Source: Botryllus schlosseri
Lineage: Eukaryota
NCBI GenBank assembly: GCA_051294905.1
Contig: CM119372.1
Coordinates: 26,972,001-27,036,000 of the forward strand
DNA length: 64,000 nt
Reading direction: 5' to 3'
Part shown: positions 44,208-57,235 of the stretch, piece after piece
Position numbering within the stretch: position 1 is the first letter of the stretch
Layout: each line of letters begins with the position of its first letter
Program-made: the position numbers and the translations under genes
Notes under the pieces: model-generated
Told to the model about the DNA's origin: nothing
What the model saw: only the letters and a program-made list of their open reading frames with translations
Database searches by the model: none

Positions 44208-47200
44208 ATCGTAACACATACGGCTTGGTGGATTTGATTTTGCTCTGCAGAGGGTGGTCACTGCTCATCTGCTCAAGCTAAACCGGTAGAGTATTACAAA
44301 GTTTGTTGTACAAAGGCGGTACGATTCGTACGAACACGAACTAGGCAAACTTTTCCTATGAATCAGCAAGCCTAGTGGAATCACCAATACGTTATATATA
44401 GGCCTATGCCTTTACGATCTAGACTTGGCCTGAGATCATCAGTCCAAGAACAGTGAAGCGTGTCTAAGCCTAAATTGTGTAGTTCATATTACAAACAGGC
44501 CATTGCACTGGTCAGTACATGAACTGCCCAGTGCCCAGTGACTTGATAATTCGATGTGATGCAAGATAACTATTTATTGGACGTAAGACGCTAATGTGCT
44601 TACAATAATTTTATTTATAACAGCCTCTAATCCTTAGTGAGGTACACGAGGAAACAAAACTTGTTATAGATCTAATGTGCTAATTGTTATAGCTGAAGAA
44701 AGGCTAAATTATGTTGTTAACCAACATGAATGTGTGCCAAAATTCTAATATTTTGCATTCAAACATGCCAAATGTCAACACTGGCATCAGCTACTTTTAC
44801 CTACATTCCTACAAGGTCCGTATACAATATCCAATCCATACACGGTGTATGTTCCCGAGCAAGTGAGCAACTAATACCGATTCAACTCCTTCTTTTTTCT
44901 ATGCAGTGACATAATCCTCTCGCGCGGAAATATTATCTCAAACTTTGCATTGTACAAGTACACGCATCGGGATCGTTCCTCACTTCTGAACTAGAAAAGC
45001 CTATCCACCAACAAGTTTTTAGAGTTGCTTCCAAACGACAAAATTAGTTGACTTATTCCACGTTGGAAAAAGTGAGAAACTCAGACAATTTTCATTCGCA
45101 CTCATCCGGATTTTTCATTCGCACCACGCTTGCCGTTCGCACTCATCCAGATTTTTCATTCGCACCATTCGCACAACGCTCGTCATTCGCACTGAAATTT
45201 TTTTCGTTCGCACTAGTGCGAACCGTCACACAGGTTGAAAAGCACTGATCTACAGCATTTGTTTACCGAGATTGTTGACGCTGAATTTCTATCTATTCAG
45301 TCTGACGAAACAACTGACATTACGTGTTTGTCACAACTAGTCGTGATTTTTCGGTTCACGAAATTTGGTATGCCAGTCGAACGATTCCACAGCTTTGTGG
45401 CTGTTGACGATCGCACTGCTGTCGGAATTTCTTACGTATTAAAAAAAAACATTACAGCCCTATTCAGTTGAGTCGAAACTTATTGCGCAAACCTACGACG
45501 GCGCAGCAGTCATGAGCGGATTGCGACATAGCGTACAAGTTTTAATGAAAGAAGTTTACCCGCATGCGCATTTTTTGCATTGCTACGCGCATCAGCTCAA
45601 TCTTGTAGTGAAAAAAATGTGCTTAGGAATATCTTCTGTCAAGATATTCTTTGCAAATCTTTCTGGGTTCTCCTCCTTTTTCTCTGTTTCGCCAAAGCGA
45701 TCTGATTTATTGCGCGACATATGCAAGCACCGGTTACCTAGATGCGTATCAACACGGTGGAACTTCCAATCCAGAGTTGTGCAACGAGTGTCAGATAGTA
45801 GGGTGGAGCTTCTGGAATGCTTCTCAGTGATTGAGAGCTCTCCTGTCTGGGATGATACTACCATACGTGAAGCGGCGGGGCTTAAACGACTCCTGGAAGA
45901 CGAAGAATTTTTGTTCTTTTTGAAGCTTTTTTGTGACATCTTCATGCACGTCGATACACTGTACAGCACTTTTTCGTCGCGTATGGCCAATGGTACTACT
46001 GCGCAAATGTGTATTGCACACTTTTGTGAGGCAATTTCGCATGTTCGGGAGAATGTACACTTCGTGGTGACACAGCACTTTTACGTCGTGGGATGAGTGT
46101 GCAAAACCTGCTTGTTGCGGCTTACGAATGTTGCGATATACTGATGTCCCAAATCCAACATTGTCTGAATAGTGACCAGTTGGTTACTTTCGCCCTGTTA
46201 AATCCGAGAAATTTCCCTGCCTACAAAATTCATTTTCCTTCTGGACTACTGCGCAGCGTGCCTCGTTATTACCCGATGATCGACATTGCTCGGTTGGAGA
46301 ACGAGTTGACTTGTTTGTATTCTAATACATCCTTTTCGGAAGTTAAAACCACTAGTGAACTTTCAAAATTCCTAGTTAAAAATTCGCTTTCGATCAACTT
46401 TGCTATACTGTAACTAGCTTTCTGAATATCATTTTGACCACCCCGATATCATCCGCGGAATCCGAGCGCAGTTTCAGCACATTGAAACGTATCAAGACCT
46501 TTCTCAGAAACAGGATGGGCCAAGATAGGCTTAATGCGTTGGCTGTTCTCTCGATTCACAACGACGTGGTTCTGGGAATTCCAGATTTCAATAAACTCGT
46601 TATTGAACATTTTTCTAATAAGAAATCACGTCGCGCACAATACTTATACAAGACATAAATTAATGCTGGTGGGCGGACGACTGTACACATCATGTTCTTT
46701 CCGAATAATTTCAATCAAGTGAGCCCAGGTAACTCAACCATGTCTATGGCTAAGGAAAAGTGAGTGGTTTTCATCCTTATTACTCGAGGCACACTGGCAG
46801 TTAATTTACCGATATATTTTGTTATGGCTATGGAAAAAAAGTAAAAAATTCATCAAGATGAAATAATTTATTCATGAAATTGTTTAATGCGATATGTGCT
46901 CGCATTTCAATTTAACACAATGCTTGGATTCCTGCTTGAATGATGGCAGGCAGACTCGTAATTAATCTTCCATGGATAACAGCTGGCTTTTTATAATGTT
47001 TTACGTTTATGGGTGCCACCGCTTTGATTGCCTATCCCCTGGTCGTAACGCATCAGGATCGTGTACCAAACACTTTCGGACGGGCTTAGAAAAACGAGGG
47101 CAAATCGATTTGACTCGCTTTCAGGGCGAGAATCCTACCATATACAAATCGGGTCGGAGGCGCTGCAGCACTTTACAGAATTGCTGAGCATGGAACGATT

Positions 47201-47761
47201 AAAACACCACAAGGTGTCATGCGAATGCTCTTTGTAGGTATAGTTGGTCTGTGTATTTTTTGGTATAGTCTTACTCGGCGCTTGCGTAATCTCTACCACG
47301 AAATCATAACGCATGCTACTAAGGATACCCTGATGATTGATTCGTGGCATGGGAACGATTCTTAGTTCGCGTACATTTTGTAAAATAATCATTTGAATAA
47401 AAAACAATGAATAAAACATTTGTTACCGCACTTCAAGTCACGCCACCGGCAAACCTCTCGCGGCACCTACGTTAAAAATCATTGTTTACGGGAAATTCAT
47501 GTGACCATCATGAACGTTGAAAAACGCTACTGTGACGTCATATTGATAACAAGTCGCTTGCGGCCCTTGCCCCACCACCCGATATTGTCACGAGCCGCCA
47601 CTGGTTATAACTGGTACATTCCACAGAATTTTTACTTGGTCGTTTTCTGTCACTGGTGCTGGGCTGTAATCGTACCAATATTTTGTCGAAGTGGTGATGT
47701 TAAAATGTTTGCATAATTCAAGATGAATGTAGTGACCAATCCTATTGTGTCTCCATGTGTA

Positions 47762-49844
47762 TTATTATCAGTGTTGGGATCAAGTCACTTCCTTCGAGTC
47801 ACGAGTCATCTCGAGTCATTGCACATTTTGACTCGAGTCAAGTCAAGTCAATCCATTTTCGAAAGTGACTCGAGTCAAGTCAAGTCACTCGTTGTTTGGA
47901 GGTGACTCGAGTCAAGTCGAGTCGAGTCAAGTCATGTCACGAGTCAAGTCACGATTCAAGTCAAATTGAATTTTCCAAGTATAAGTAATGAATATAAGTC
48001 ATTAAATTTTGATAACTGGGTGACGGACAGATAAACTGGCCATTTATCTTGAATCAAATAACGAATATAAAGGTAAATATACGTAAAAAAGGCGTTGTAT
48101 CGCTCACACACACACACGTACAACTGCTAATATAATGCGTGAGTAATTGCGTAAAGCTTTAGCTACATGCTACGGTCTGTTATCAGCCAAAATAGAGTAT
48201 CGAATAAGTTTCGAGAAGTTGAAACAAATTGATATGGTACAGTACAATACCCATCTACACATCCGCGAGAATATAAACACATAAACTATGTTTGTTCGAT
48301 TTAATTTATAAAAGAGGGTTGGTGAAGGTGAGCACTGCGTGATGTAACCACTGAGCCGTCTAAGAAACAAAGATGCGTTGCTATTAGATTAATCTACGAC
48401 AACGTAGGCAGGGATCGCTTCGTTTGCGGTCAATTTATTTGTGATGTAACAATGAAGGATCAGTGAAACGTACAATCAGTAAATGACTGGTTGCTCTAAC
48501 ATAGGTGACACCTGCGTATCGCGAACAATCCGAAAATAGATGAGATGGGGTGATTTAATCGAAACCGTTTACTTGATGACTTGAAATTGACTCGTTAATT
48601 CTGCTCCGAGTCACGAGTCAATTGACATTTCTGAAGCGCCGAGTCAGGTCAAGTAAAGTCATATTTGCAAAGTGACTCGAGTCAAGTCAAGTCATACGAA
48701 AAACTCGAGTCAAGTCATGACTCGAGTCATCCCGACACTGAATATTATCATTATTATTGTCGAGTTTTAAGTGGCTCGTGTCGCCGTTTCCGGCCTTGCG
48801 CACCACGGACAAAATAGGTTATCAAGGATCGAATTTTCGTGCTCTGGAACTATGTATACAAGTTACATGAAATAATAAACTCGGCGATCGAGGTAAATAA
48901 TTGCGGCATAGTAAGTAAATTGGTTAAAGTAAGAGGTACATTGAGCGTGGTATATACGTCGGCACGAAATGTTCGGTGAAAGTCATATTTTTCGCAATGC
49001 AACAGTGTGTGGTCAACCGTGTCGGGGACGTAACACACATTACAAACGGGGGAGTCGGCGCAACCTATTTTGAACAGGTGTGCCGCCAGGCGACAGTGAC
49101 CGGTTTGGAGGTGAAACAGAATTCTTTCAAATAGACGATTTAGGCAGGAGTCTGGCGCCACTGTTGATATATAGATGGTCGCAACATCCGGTAGTGGTGC
49201 TCTCCCTCCTCTGCGGTGAACTCGGCTTGTCATTTGTCTCTGCGGAGCTGACGGGTGACCGCTTTTGCCTCTGATAATGTTAATGCCGGGATATCGATAC
49301 CGGCTTCCAGCGATTGACTTGATGCAGCCGGAGCTATAGTTGGTCAGCCTTCTCGTTGCCGTCTATTCCGGTGTGATCTGGTATCCAGGCAAATGTTAAC
49401 ATGCCACTCGTGGTCTTTATCTGTGAAAGAATATCAAATGAGAGAGAGATTTTCTTATGCGGCTTACGGGTATGCGGGGCCGACAAGGCCCTCATGGCCA
49501 CAAGGCAGTCGGAAAAGATCACATAGCGTCGATTCGTAGAAATGCTGTGTTGTAATATCCAGATCAGCGCGAAGACTATAGCTTTCAATTCGGCTGAGAA
49601 TGAGGACGATAGAGTCGGGCGAGCCCGACTATAGCAATGCAAATATTTTGGGATGTAGACCTCAAGTCCAGCACCATCTTCAGTCTTTGAACCATCAGTA
49701 AATATCTGGACGTATCCGACGTATCTTTCGAAGATGAAGTCGAGACACCTACTTTTGATGTACTGTGGTACGTCCTGTTTCGAGACTAACCTAGATAGGT
49801 CGATATCGACGCATGGAATCGGTAAATCCCACGGGGGGGGGGGG
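47762..49844 (-). pseudogene. 5'-truncated I-clade-like LINE (RNase H + C-terminal CCHC, (TAA)n tail)
   Basis: PPW...QIFTDGSK...SFSAELKAI...IFSDC...WIPDHTGIDGNEKADQL (RNase H) and QTGHCRLAAHLFKIG..DSPVCNVCYVPDTVDHTLLHC. ATT-repeat tail is interrupted by a MITE. Candidate TSD TGTGTA at 47756-47761 and 49845-49850. Confidence 0.82.
47769..48740. mobile_element. hAT-type MITE with GAGTCAAGTC repeats
   Basis: TIR CAGTGTTGGGAT / ATCCCGACACTG; TSD ATTATTAT vs AATATTAT (7/8). Same family as 57789-62454. Confidence 0.85.
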
Positions 49845-50001
49845 TGTGTAAAGTATGAAAAGGTTTATTGAACGTGTCGTACTAGAGCAGGGGTCACCAA
49901 ACCGCGAGGTCATATTTTGCGACCCACGACTTGATGTGAATGCTACGAATGCTAAGAAAAGCATTTCGAAATGCTGAAGTTGATTACTGTTTCAACATAT
50001 T

Positions 50002-50002
50002 C

Positions 50003-50033
<31 letters not shown>
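50002..50033. repeat. (GTT)n microsatellite
   Basis: About 10 perfect GTT units. Confidence 0.9.
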
Positions 50034-50035
<2 letters not shown>

Positions 50036-50071
50036 CAAAATAAACTATTCTCCTGATCCCAACATCACAAT

Positions 50072-53000
50072 AGGCCTTTTGCAGGACTTCGATCACGTGA
50101 CTAGATACGCATAGCAACAACAAATTGGTTAGCAAGCTACTTTCTCGCGCACCTGCTTCAGTGCTAAATATCGCATAGTGTACTGTTGATTTCTGGTTGT
50201 AAACGTTTCGGAAATTTGTTGTAGAAGTCATCAGAGATTTACCTATGCCAGATGTCGATCCTGTACAAAGCACATAGAATGATATCGTCAGAATTACGCA
50301 GAAATCCGTCGTTAACGTAGCCGTATTTCGAATACAGTATATTATCGTTTTCGGGCTGTAAACGTTCTCAAGTGTCATGGAGATGCGCAAGGATTCAAAT
50401 ATGTTGGATGTCTTTGATTCATGAACTATGTAAACTCCTTGCGTCAAAATGATCGACATTGTAGCCGTTATTTGGTAGTCAACTATGATTTTATGACACA
50501 AAATTCGACATTGCAGGACATTGACTGCGTGATATTTATTGCAGCATTAAGTTAGGTGTGGATAGTATACTATAGGTGTATTGTAGCGCTAGTTGGTAAG
50601 CATTGCAGCATTTTGATGATTGATATCGATTGCAATATATATAGGATACTGCTATTTTTAAGCCTAAGAGACAATGACTGCCAGTGCCAGTACGTTGATG
50701 TGTTATGAATTCATGCAATGTGCTACATAGGGGAGACCGGGGACAATTGTAACACTTTTCGTATTTTCCAACATTACGAGTTCTTCTCGTGAAAATTTCA
50801 CTTTCTAAGTTTTATATAAAGAAGCCAACAACTCGATAGTTGATATGAAAACTAAATTGGAACTCAATCAACAATCAATCATGGAAATTTTGGGTCGCAA
50901 AAATTGCTGCTCAAATGTTACAATCGCCCCGTACCCAGGGGCAATTGTACCACCCTTGCGGGGCAATTGTAACAGTGGTATTTATTACTAAACACCAACT
51001 GAATGAACAACGAAAACGTAAGCACAAATTGTAACATTGCATGAAACTAAAGGAAGAGACGTTTGAACGCTTCCAAGCTACACCCCATCGCATTTATGGC
51101 ATCTGAATGCAATATCACCCTTCGTGTCTTGTTCAAGCTTAAAGTGTACAAGAGACACATTCATTCCATCATCTCCCTACACATATTCGGCCTCTTCTAC
51201 CAAGTTTCTGTTGTTCAGCGGGCATAATGGGTTGGTCATTCGGTCACCTGCGAAGGTGCGAAACCGACCTGGCTAACATATCTTGGTTGAATGGGCCGAT
51301 GATAGTATAGTAAAACGAGGACGCAACATTGTGTGGCGTCAAAGCTATAATGACATTTATCTGTGCTGTAGAAAATTAACATAAATTGTTCACATTAAAT
51401 ATCAAAATGTAAGTGGGCCATGATCAAAGTCAGAGGACGAGAATTAAGACATGACTATTGAAGTTCGACACACCAAAAGTCGATCAACATGGGAACGGGT
51501 GGTTGAATCACGAAAATAACCGAACCGTCAGATTCACATCACCACTATTGTATGGCCGTTTCGACAGATGATCATGTTAGAATTGGTATCGCAAGGCAGT
51601 ATCTGTTCTGGTGAACTTCTCGCTGTTGCAGGATTAATCTGCAGTAGATGAATGGTAATACCAACATATGAACAAAGACATTCAGAATTGATAACATATT
51701 GTAACGGGGCAAAAGTAACAGAGTGTTACGATTGCCCCTGACACGCTCCACCATGATTAGTGTCTCAGTATGGTACCTTCCCGGCGATGCAAGTCCTATT
51801 CTTTCGATCACTACGGTAGACTATAGTAACATTGTTCCAGCTACACATATTACGTTGTAACTACTTGAGGTACTATTCGTCCAGACAAATTATTCCAGAC
51901 CAGAAAAACTTTACTCAAGGGTCAAAAATTTCGTTTTTTGCTAAATATTCCGGGGTTTCGCGTCGTAGCTCAACGTAGCTCCGGGTATAATAGGAGAGAT
52001 AACTACTGCATGTGCACTTAAAATATCAAACTGATTTCTCCATCCTACTAGCGGTGAGGTCGATTGTTACATTTGCCCCTAGTTACATTTGTCCCCGGTC
52101 TCCCCTACCATATATATATTAAATATCCTAAGCTATTGTATGACTTCTCAGTTAAACAATTCAAAATATTTAGACCTCTACACCTATATTACAAGTTATT
52201 GATCATTCTATCATGCTGCCAAGTGCCACTACCCGAAGGAAAATGATCATCAGCTCCAATTGAGGGTGAAACAAACTGTCCCGGGGCCTGGATTACTTGA
52301 TTGATTGCCTGGATTGGATTACTTCACTCTACGGCACAGTGCAAATATCTTGAGTTTCAAGACATATGGCTATACCACATGCATACGGATTAATGATCTG
52401 ATGGATTATCCCAAGAGAGCCGAACATAGGCAACTAAGAAATTGATGATGCCCTCGTCAAGAATTCAGCCTGGAGCCAATTATTATCACCACATAAAATT
52501 TGGTCATGCGGTGGAAGGCAGCGTGGTTTCATGCCAACAGAAAATGTCAGCAGATGATCTGACCACTGACTAACTGTCCTGAACTTCTTTCCCGATGTTG
52601 ATGTCTGCTTTGAAAATGATATTTCATTTGTGTACAGCAAGACAAGCGCTCTTCCGTGGATGCTATGAATATGTCTAGACAAGTGGCTATGGAGGTAGAG
52701 GAAAATACATAGGCATAACAGTCTCGGCAGTTATTGAACTTGATAAGGTTAACATCCATTTTTCTTCAACTATTTCTTATGCTCCGGGTATCGAATGCAC
52801 AAAAATTAATAAATCGATCTTCTTTGCAAGTTTATTTGTAAATTCAATGAATCAAAGAATATCATAAGTTCAGAATATTACGGAGTCAATGCGAAAGAAA
52901 CAATGTTAGTCGTCTTTAGAGGATGTTTCTGAGTTGGTTGAGCCAATACACAGAGGGGGTCAGCAACGAAGTACTATTTTACCTGAGTACTAGCGTCATT

Positions 53001-54218
53001 ATGAGTTTAGGCTACTTCCACTTCTACTTGACACTTTTTAGGTAGTACTTTTTTGTCAGGTTTGGGATTTTGTCAACTAGAAAGTAGCTTTGGCGCATGA
53101 TTGCATCCCCTTGAAGCGTGAGGTTGTCATAACAACTGGGCAAAATAGCCCCAGTACCACGGTGACTAAATTAATTTTTGAAAATTGCACTTATTTGTGG
53201 TGTCATCATCCTTTTGCGTTGATCAAGAAGATGCAACATGCAATGTTTACAGTTGTCACATGGCATCAATTTCTAAAACTAAGTGACCCTCAGCCAAATC
53301 TACTTCATGTAACGAATTTCTTGACCGCTTTTCAGAAATTCATTTCTACTTCCACTTGAAGTACTTTGGACATGTCCTGGAAGTAATTAGTGCTACTTGT
53401 ACTGGAGTATAAATTAAGGCATTACTTCTACTCGGTTCCCAACAATGACCACGTTGACCACGTCTGGGTATAGGATGACCGATCTTGTCACTGCGTTTGA
53501 GCTGATCTAAGAGTTATATGATAGTTACTTCCCTTAGTTCGCTAAATATCGCACATATGTGACATCAACTATTTATCAAAATCGAGTGTGATTTGCCAAA
53601 TCCACTTCAATCGCAGTTGCGAAGTAGTGGTAATAAAATTGGCATTGTATAATGTATAAGGCAACAATAAAGTGCACTGATTTGCTTAGTCTTGACGGCA
53701 GGTTCTCCCAAAAGATACTTCCGATGTGTTCAGCGACATTTGTTTTATAGCAGCACGCCAGCACCCAAACCAGCAGACAGTATATCCTGATCCTAGCCCT
53801 TGCGGGTCCCGGCTGCTTCAGCCATATCTTCCATCCAAAATCAGGCTCCACAACAGACACATAGTACTGTTTGAACTAACAAACACTCTTACCAGAATAT
53901 AAGTCAATCGCTTTACTTCAAATGCGTAAATTTAAGTACATATGATCAGAGTTTAGTACCGTAATACGACTACGTTACCGATGGATTTCTGCGTAATTCT
54001 GACGATATCATTCTAAATGCTTTGTACAGGATTGACATCTAGCATAGGTGAATCTCTGATGACTTCTCCAACAAATTTCCGAAACGTTTACAACCAGAAA
54101 TCAACAGTACAATATGCTATATTTAGCACTAAAGCAGGTGCGCGAGAAAGTAGCTTGCTAACCAATTTGTTGTTGCTATGCGTATCTAGTCACGTGATCG
54201 AAGTCCTGCAAAAGGCCT
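50072..54218. mobile_element. Long-TIR non-autonomous DNA transposon (ISL2EU-like, tentative)
   Basis: ~260-bp imperfect inverted repeats at 50068-50327 and 53962-54222 starting AGGCCTTTTGCAGGAC; ends read CA-AT|AGGCC...GGCCT|AT-TG. Confidence 0.7.
50728..52107. mobile_element. Non-autonomous DNA transposon (Tc1/mariner-pogo-like termini, tentative)
   Basis: TIR TAGGGGAGACCGGGGACAA / TTGTCCCCGGTCTCCCCTA; internal GGGGCAATTGTAAC repeats; no intact ORF. Confidence 0.75.
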
Positions 54219-55218
54219 ATTGCTTGTTAACTAAAACGGCTTTGGCGATGGCAACACCATTCCATCAAGGGAGAATCAGTAGATAGACTAGACTAAAAAA
54301 AAGGTCATCACTTCGTATTTTTTAGGCGCAGCTTAGATTTTCTGTACACAGAGACCGTGTCAGCACTGCGCAATTGCACAGCTTAGAGCAGGGGTTCTCA
54401 GCCCTTTCTTGGCCGTGGCCCATTTACCGGTTTGAAAATATGCTGTGGCCATCCTTTTATCTAGAGTCATAATCATGTTCAATGCGTGGTAATCGACGGC
54501 GCCGATATGTGTATTTTTCTGATGATTAATTTACTGATGATATTTAAATGCAGATCTTTCTGCCCACGGAATAGCGCGAAGCGCGACGAAAATTTTCAAG
54601 AAGTTGAATAAATATCCTACAACAAACGACCAACGAAATAATTCTGACCCCTTCGAGCGCCCGCCATTGGGGGTTTGGGTGCAGCAGTTACGATCCTGGT
54701 AGGTCATAGGCTAAAACTGGTGTGTATACTATGATCGTTTGCTGCTCCATTCGCGTCACGAAACAGCCTTTTCACATGCATCAATTTGATATCCCGACAC
54801 ATTTGAGCGCGTCGAGCGAGTTCCAGTTGATCAGTTAACTGTGACCGATTCGAGAGAATACGTCATGACCTGAGGTTTTGTCGGGCGTGTTTATCGGGCG
54901 GTTGTCGCTCGACTCTGGAGCAGGAGATTCGTGATTTGTCGGGTGATATTGGTAATCTCGCTCACCGGGAAATGTTAGCTGCTAGATCATGTATCAATTG
55001 ATAGGCGAATTTCAAAGAATTTGACGCGATGTATGTTTACTTATTGCAGTTCAGTGGCTACTTGCATATAGAATTAATACTTTATTACAGTTATTGTGCA
55101 CGTTACACGTTACAGTACGTTGTGGAATGTCGGAATCTGGGAAAATTATATACCCCCAAAAAAGTAAGGTACTTCTGATGTATTTACACAGTTCTCTAAC
55201 ATATCCGCATGTTTCTAG

Positions 55219-57235
55219 AAAACATGGAACAGTGCGGCTATCCAAGCCTTGCTAGGGTTGATTAACGAGCGTGGTGTCTTGGCCCAACTAGATGCCCGTC
55301 GGCAAAGAAATCGGCCGATTTTCGAAGATTTGGCCACAAGTCTAGCTGAGGCAGGACATGTATTTACATGGTTAAGTACATATCTCTACTGAGTTTGTCA
55401 GGCAGATAAACAGTTTTATCTCGAATACAGGGAAGAGGTCAAAAACCAGTGGAAGTAGGCCTACCTGAAGAAGCAGTATTACAAAGTGAAGAAACAGCTA
55501 ATGACATCAGGAATGGGGGCAGAAGGGCGACATTGGCCACCCTTTTCACAACTAGATGAGCTGCTTCGAACTAGGCCGAGAACTGCGGTATTTTGATTTT
55601 TTAATCAATTAGATATTTGCGAGGTGGCTCATGCGTAACCCATTACAGGCACTAGTTACTGAAGGTCTCCAGTCGTTCCCAAGGCTGACTGTGGAAGTGG
55701 ACGAGGCCAGTCTTACGGTCTCTGAAAGCACAGGTAAAGTGTTTAGTATCAATCCAGAATGTGTTGACACCCACAGTACTGCGTAGCACGATTTTTGTTA
55801 CGTTGCAAAGTGTGAGTGCTTATAGGGCCTAAGCTGTTCTCAAAAATATGGTTTGTTATATCATGTGATAATCTCTGTTCAATCTGCTCGGCAGCTGCTG
55901 CTGGCCAAAGCGGAGACCCTGACGACAGCATCACCGCAAGTGACCATGAAGGTAGGCCTGTCAAGTATCAAGGAGGACTGAGGAAAAGTTCGTCAGTCGT
56001 AGTTCTATCCTCTCGGGGATAGGCTATAGGAAAGTGTCCCACTTTCGTTGCAGCAATCACTGTTTTGATCCCAGGGTCTTCCACAACCGTTGGCAGCAGA
56101 GGAAGATCCAGACAAAGAGCTTCGAAACATAAGAGAAGACGTATGTTTGATTTCCTGGTTTATAGAGTAGAGGCGAAAAAAGCATTGCGTTACTACTTGT
56201 AGGATCTGGAAGTTTTGAAGAGAGACTACTGAGCCTTATCGAAGAAGAGCGGAAGCTGAGGCGAGAAGAGATAAAGGCTATACAGCAGGAAAGCCGGGCA
56301 GACAAAGACCTTATGGACAGACTTGGACAACTAGAAAATTTTCAACTTTTTCAAATTAGATTAGAATTAGAATTAGAGCTATACATTTTTTCCAAATTAG
56401 ATTAGAATTAGAATTAGAGCTACACAGTTTTTCCAAATTAGATTAGAATTGGAATTAGAGTAACAAAATTTTTCCCAATCAGATTAGAACTAGGATTAAA
56501 GCTACACAGCATTTTCCAAATTATATTAGAATTAGAATTACTGAATTCGCAAATACTTGGAAATTAAATGTAATTGTGAATGAGAAATAAATGTAGCAAA
56601 AATCAAGTTCAGTTCATATCAAATCACAGTGCGTTCCCATATACATGAGAATGGTTAACGTCTGTACACCAAACTTGGCTCGTTTTGCACTCAGCAGGGT
56701 CCACCAAGACGCTGGCCACATGCGGCCGGCAATCTGATTTGTGATTTTGGACGAACGCGAAGTAAAGCATTTTCAAATGCTGAAATTGATATCAGTTTCA
56801 ATTATTGTTGTTGTTTTTTTCAAAATACTATGATCGTACGTACGGTGTACTGTAAGTAATGTGATGGCGGCTCGGCAGTGGCTCTATAGATTTCCCTGCG
56901 CGAGAGGGATATTCTTGTTAACTCGCTGCAATATGCCGCGGACAACGAGGCATTTTCAGGAAAACAATAAATTAGATTAGAATTAGGATTAGGGCATAGA
57001 AACATTTCACAAATTAGATTAGAATTAGAATTATAACATAGAAACATTTCACAAATTAGATTAGAATTAGAATCAGAGCATGGATACATTTCATAAATTA
57101 GAGTAGAATTAGATTACTTGCATTTCGCTCTAATTTAGTGAAAGTAGACAACTAGAATTATCTAGTTGTCCAAGTCTGCTTATGGAACAATTTATGTCTA
57201 CCATAACTCGATTGGCAGATTCAATGCAAAAATAA
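55219..57235 (+). pseudogene. Multi-exon Myb/SANT-like (trihelix) DNA-binding gene, ORF2 of a Harbinger element, disrupted
   Basis: Spliced at GT-AG: KTWNSAAIQALLGLINERGVLAQLDARRQRNRPIFEDLATSLAEAGHVFTW|EEVKNQWK*AYLKKQYYKVKK...HWPPFSQLDELL...; coiled-coil-like last exon split by MITE 56318-57178; convergent to the transposase. The first exon was not determined. Confidence 0.78.
56318..57178. mobile_element. hAT-type MITE with (ATTAGA)n subterminal repeats
   Basis: TIR CAGACTTGGACAACTAGA / TCTAGTTGTCCAAGTCTG; TSD CTTATGGA at 56310-56317 and 57179-57186. Confidence 0.93.

Larger units (their letters stand above)
41670..45247. mobile_element. Non-autonomous hAT element inside the transposase
   Basis: TIR CAGTGCTTTTCAACCT / AGGTTGAAAAGCACTG; TSD ATCTACAG at 41662-41669 and 45248-45255; CATTCGCAC subterminal repeats. 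Confidence 0.93.
40977..46658 (+). pseudogene. hAT transposase (ZMYM1-like: TTF zinc finger, DUF4371-like region, hATC dimerisation), disrupted
   Basis: WLTYSEDKNALFCFYC, LPLRGHDE, SKTIQND, DETTDI, YDGAAVMSG, HCYAHQLNL, TRW, SSAESERSFSTLKRIKTFLRNRMGQDRLNALA. Contains premature stops, frameshifts and a 3.6-kb insertion; the frame is restored on removing 41670-45255. Confidence 0.93.
39433..47603 (+). mobile_element. hAT DNA transposon (formerly autonomous, decayed)
   Basis: TIR CAGTGGCGGCTCGT / ACGAGCCGCCACTG; 8-bp TSD GTTATAAC at 39425-39432 and 47604-47611; internal transposase pseudogene. Confidence 0.95.
39114..47761 (-). pseudogene. 3' fragment of an RLE-type (R4/NeSL-like) non-LTR retrotransposon, split by the hAT insertion (pieces 39114-39432 and 47604-47761)
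   Basis: Joined minus-strand translation YTWRHNRIGHYIHLELCKHF...KYWYDYSPAPVTENDQVKILWNVPVITDREIRSNRPDMIIKLKKKRECFFI...VPIVIGATG shows the RHN and RPD restriction-like endonuclease motifs, with a frameshift. Confidence 0.8.

Noticed and set aside
49992..54286. Similar ORFs 49992-50501 (-) and 54017-54286 (+) as paralogous genes
   Set aside because: They are translations of the two TIRs of one element; the poly-Thr comes from a GTT microsatellite.
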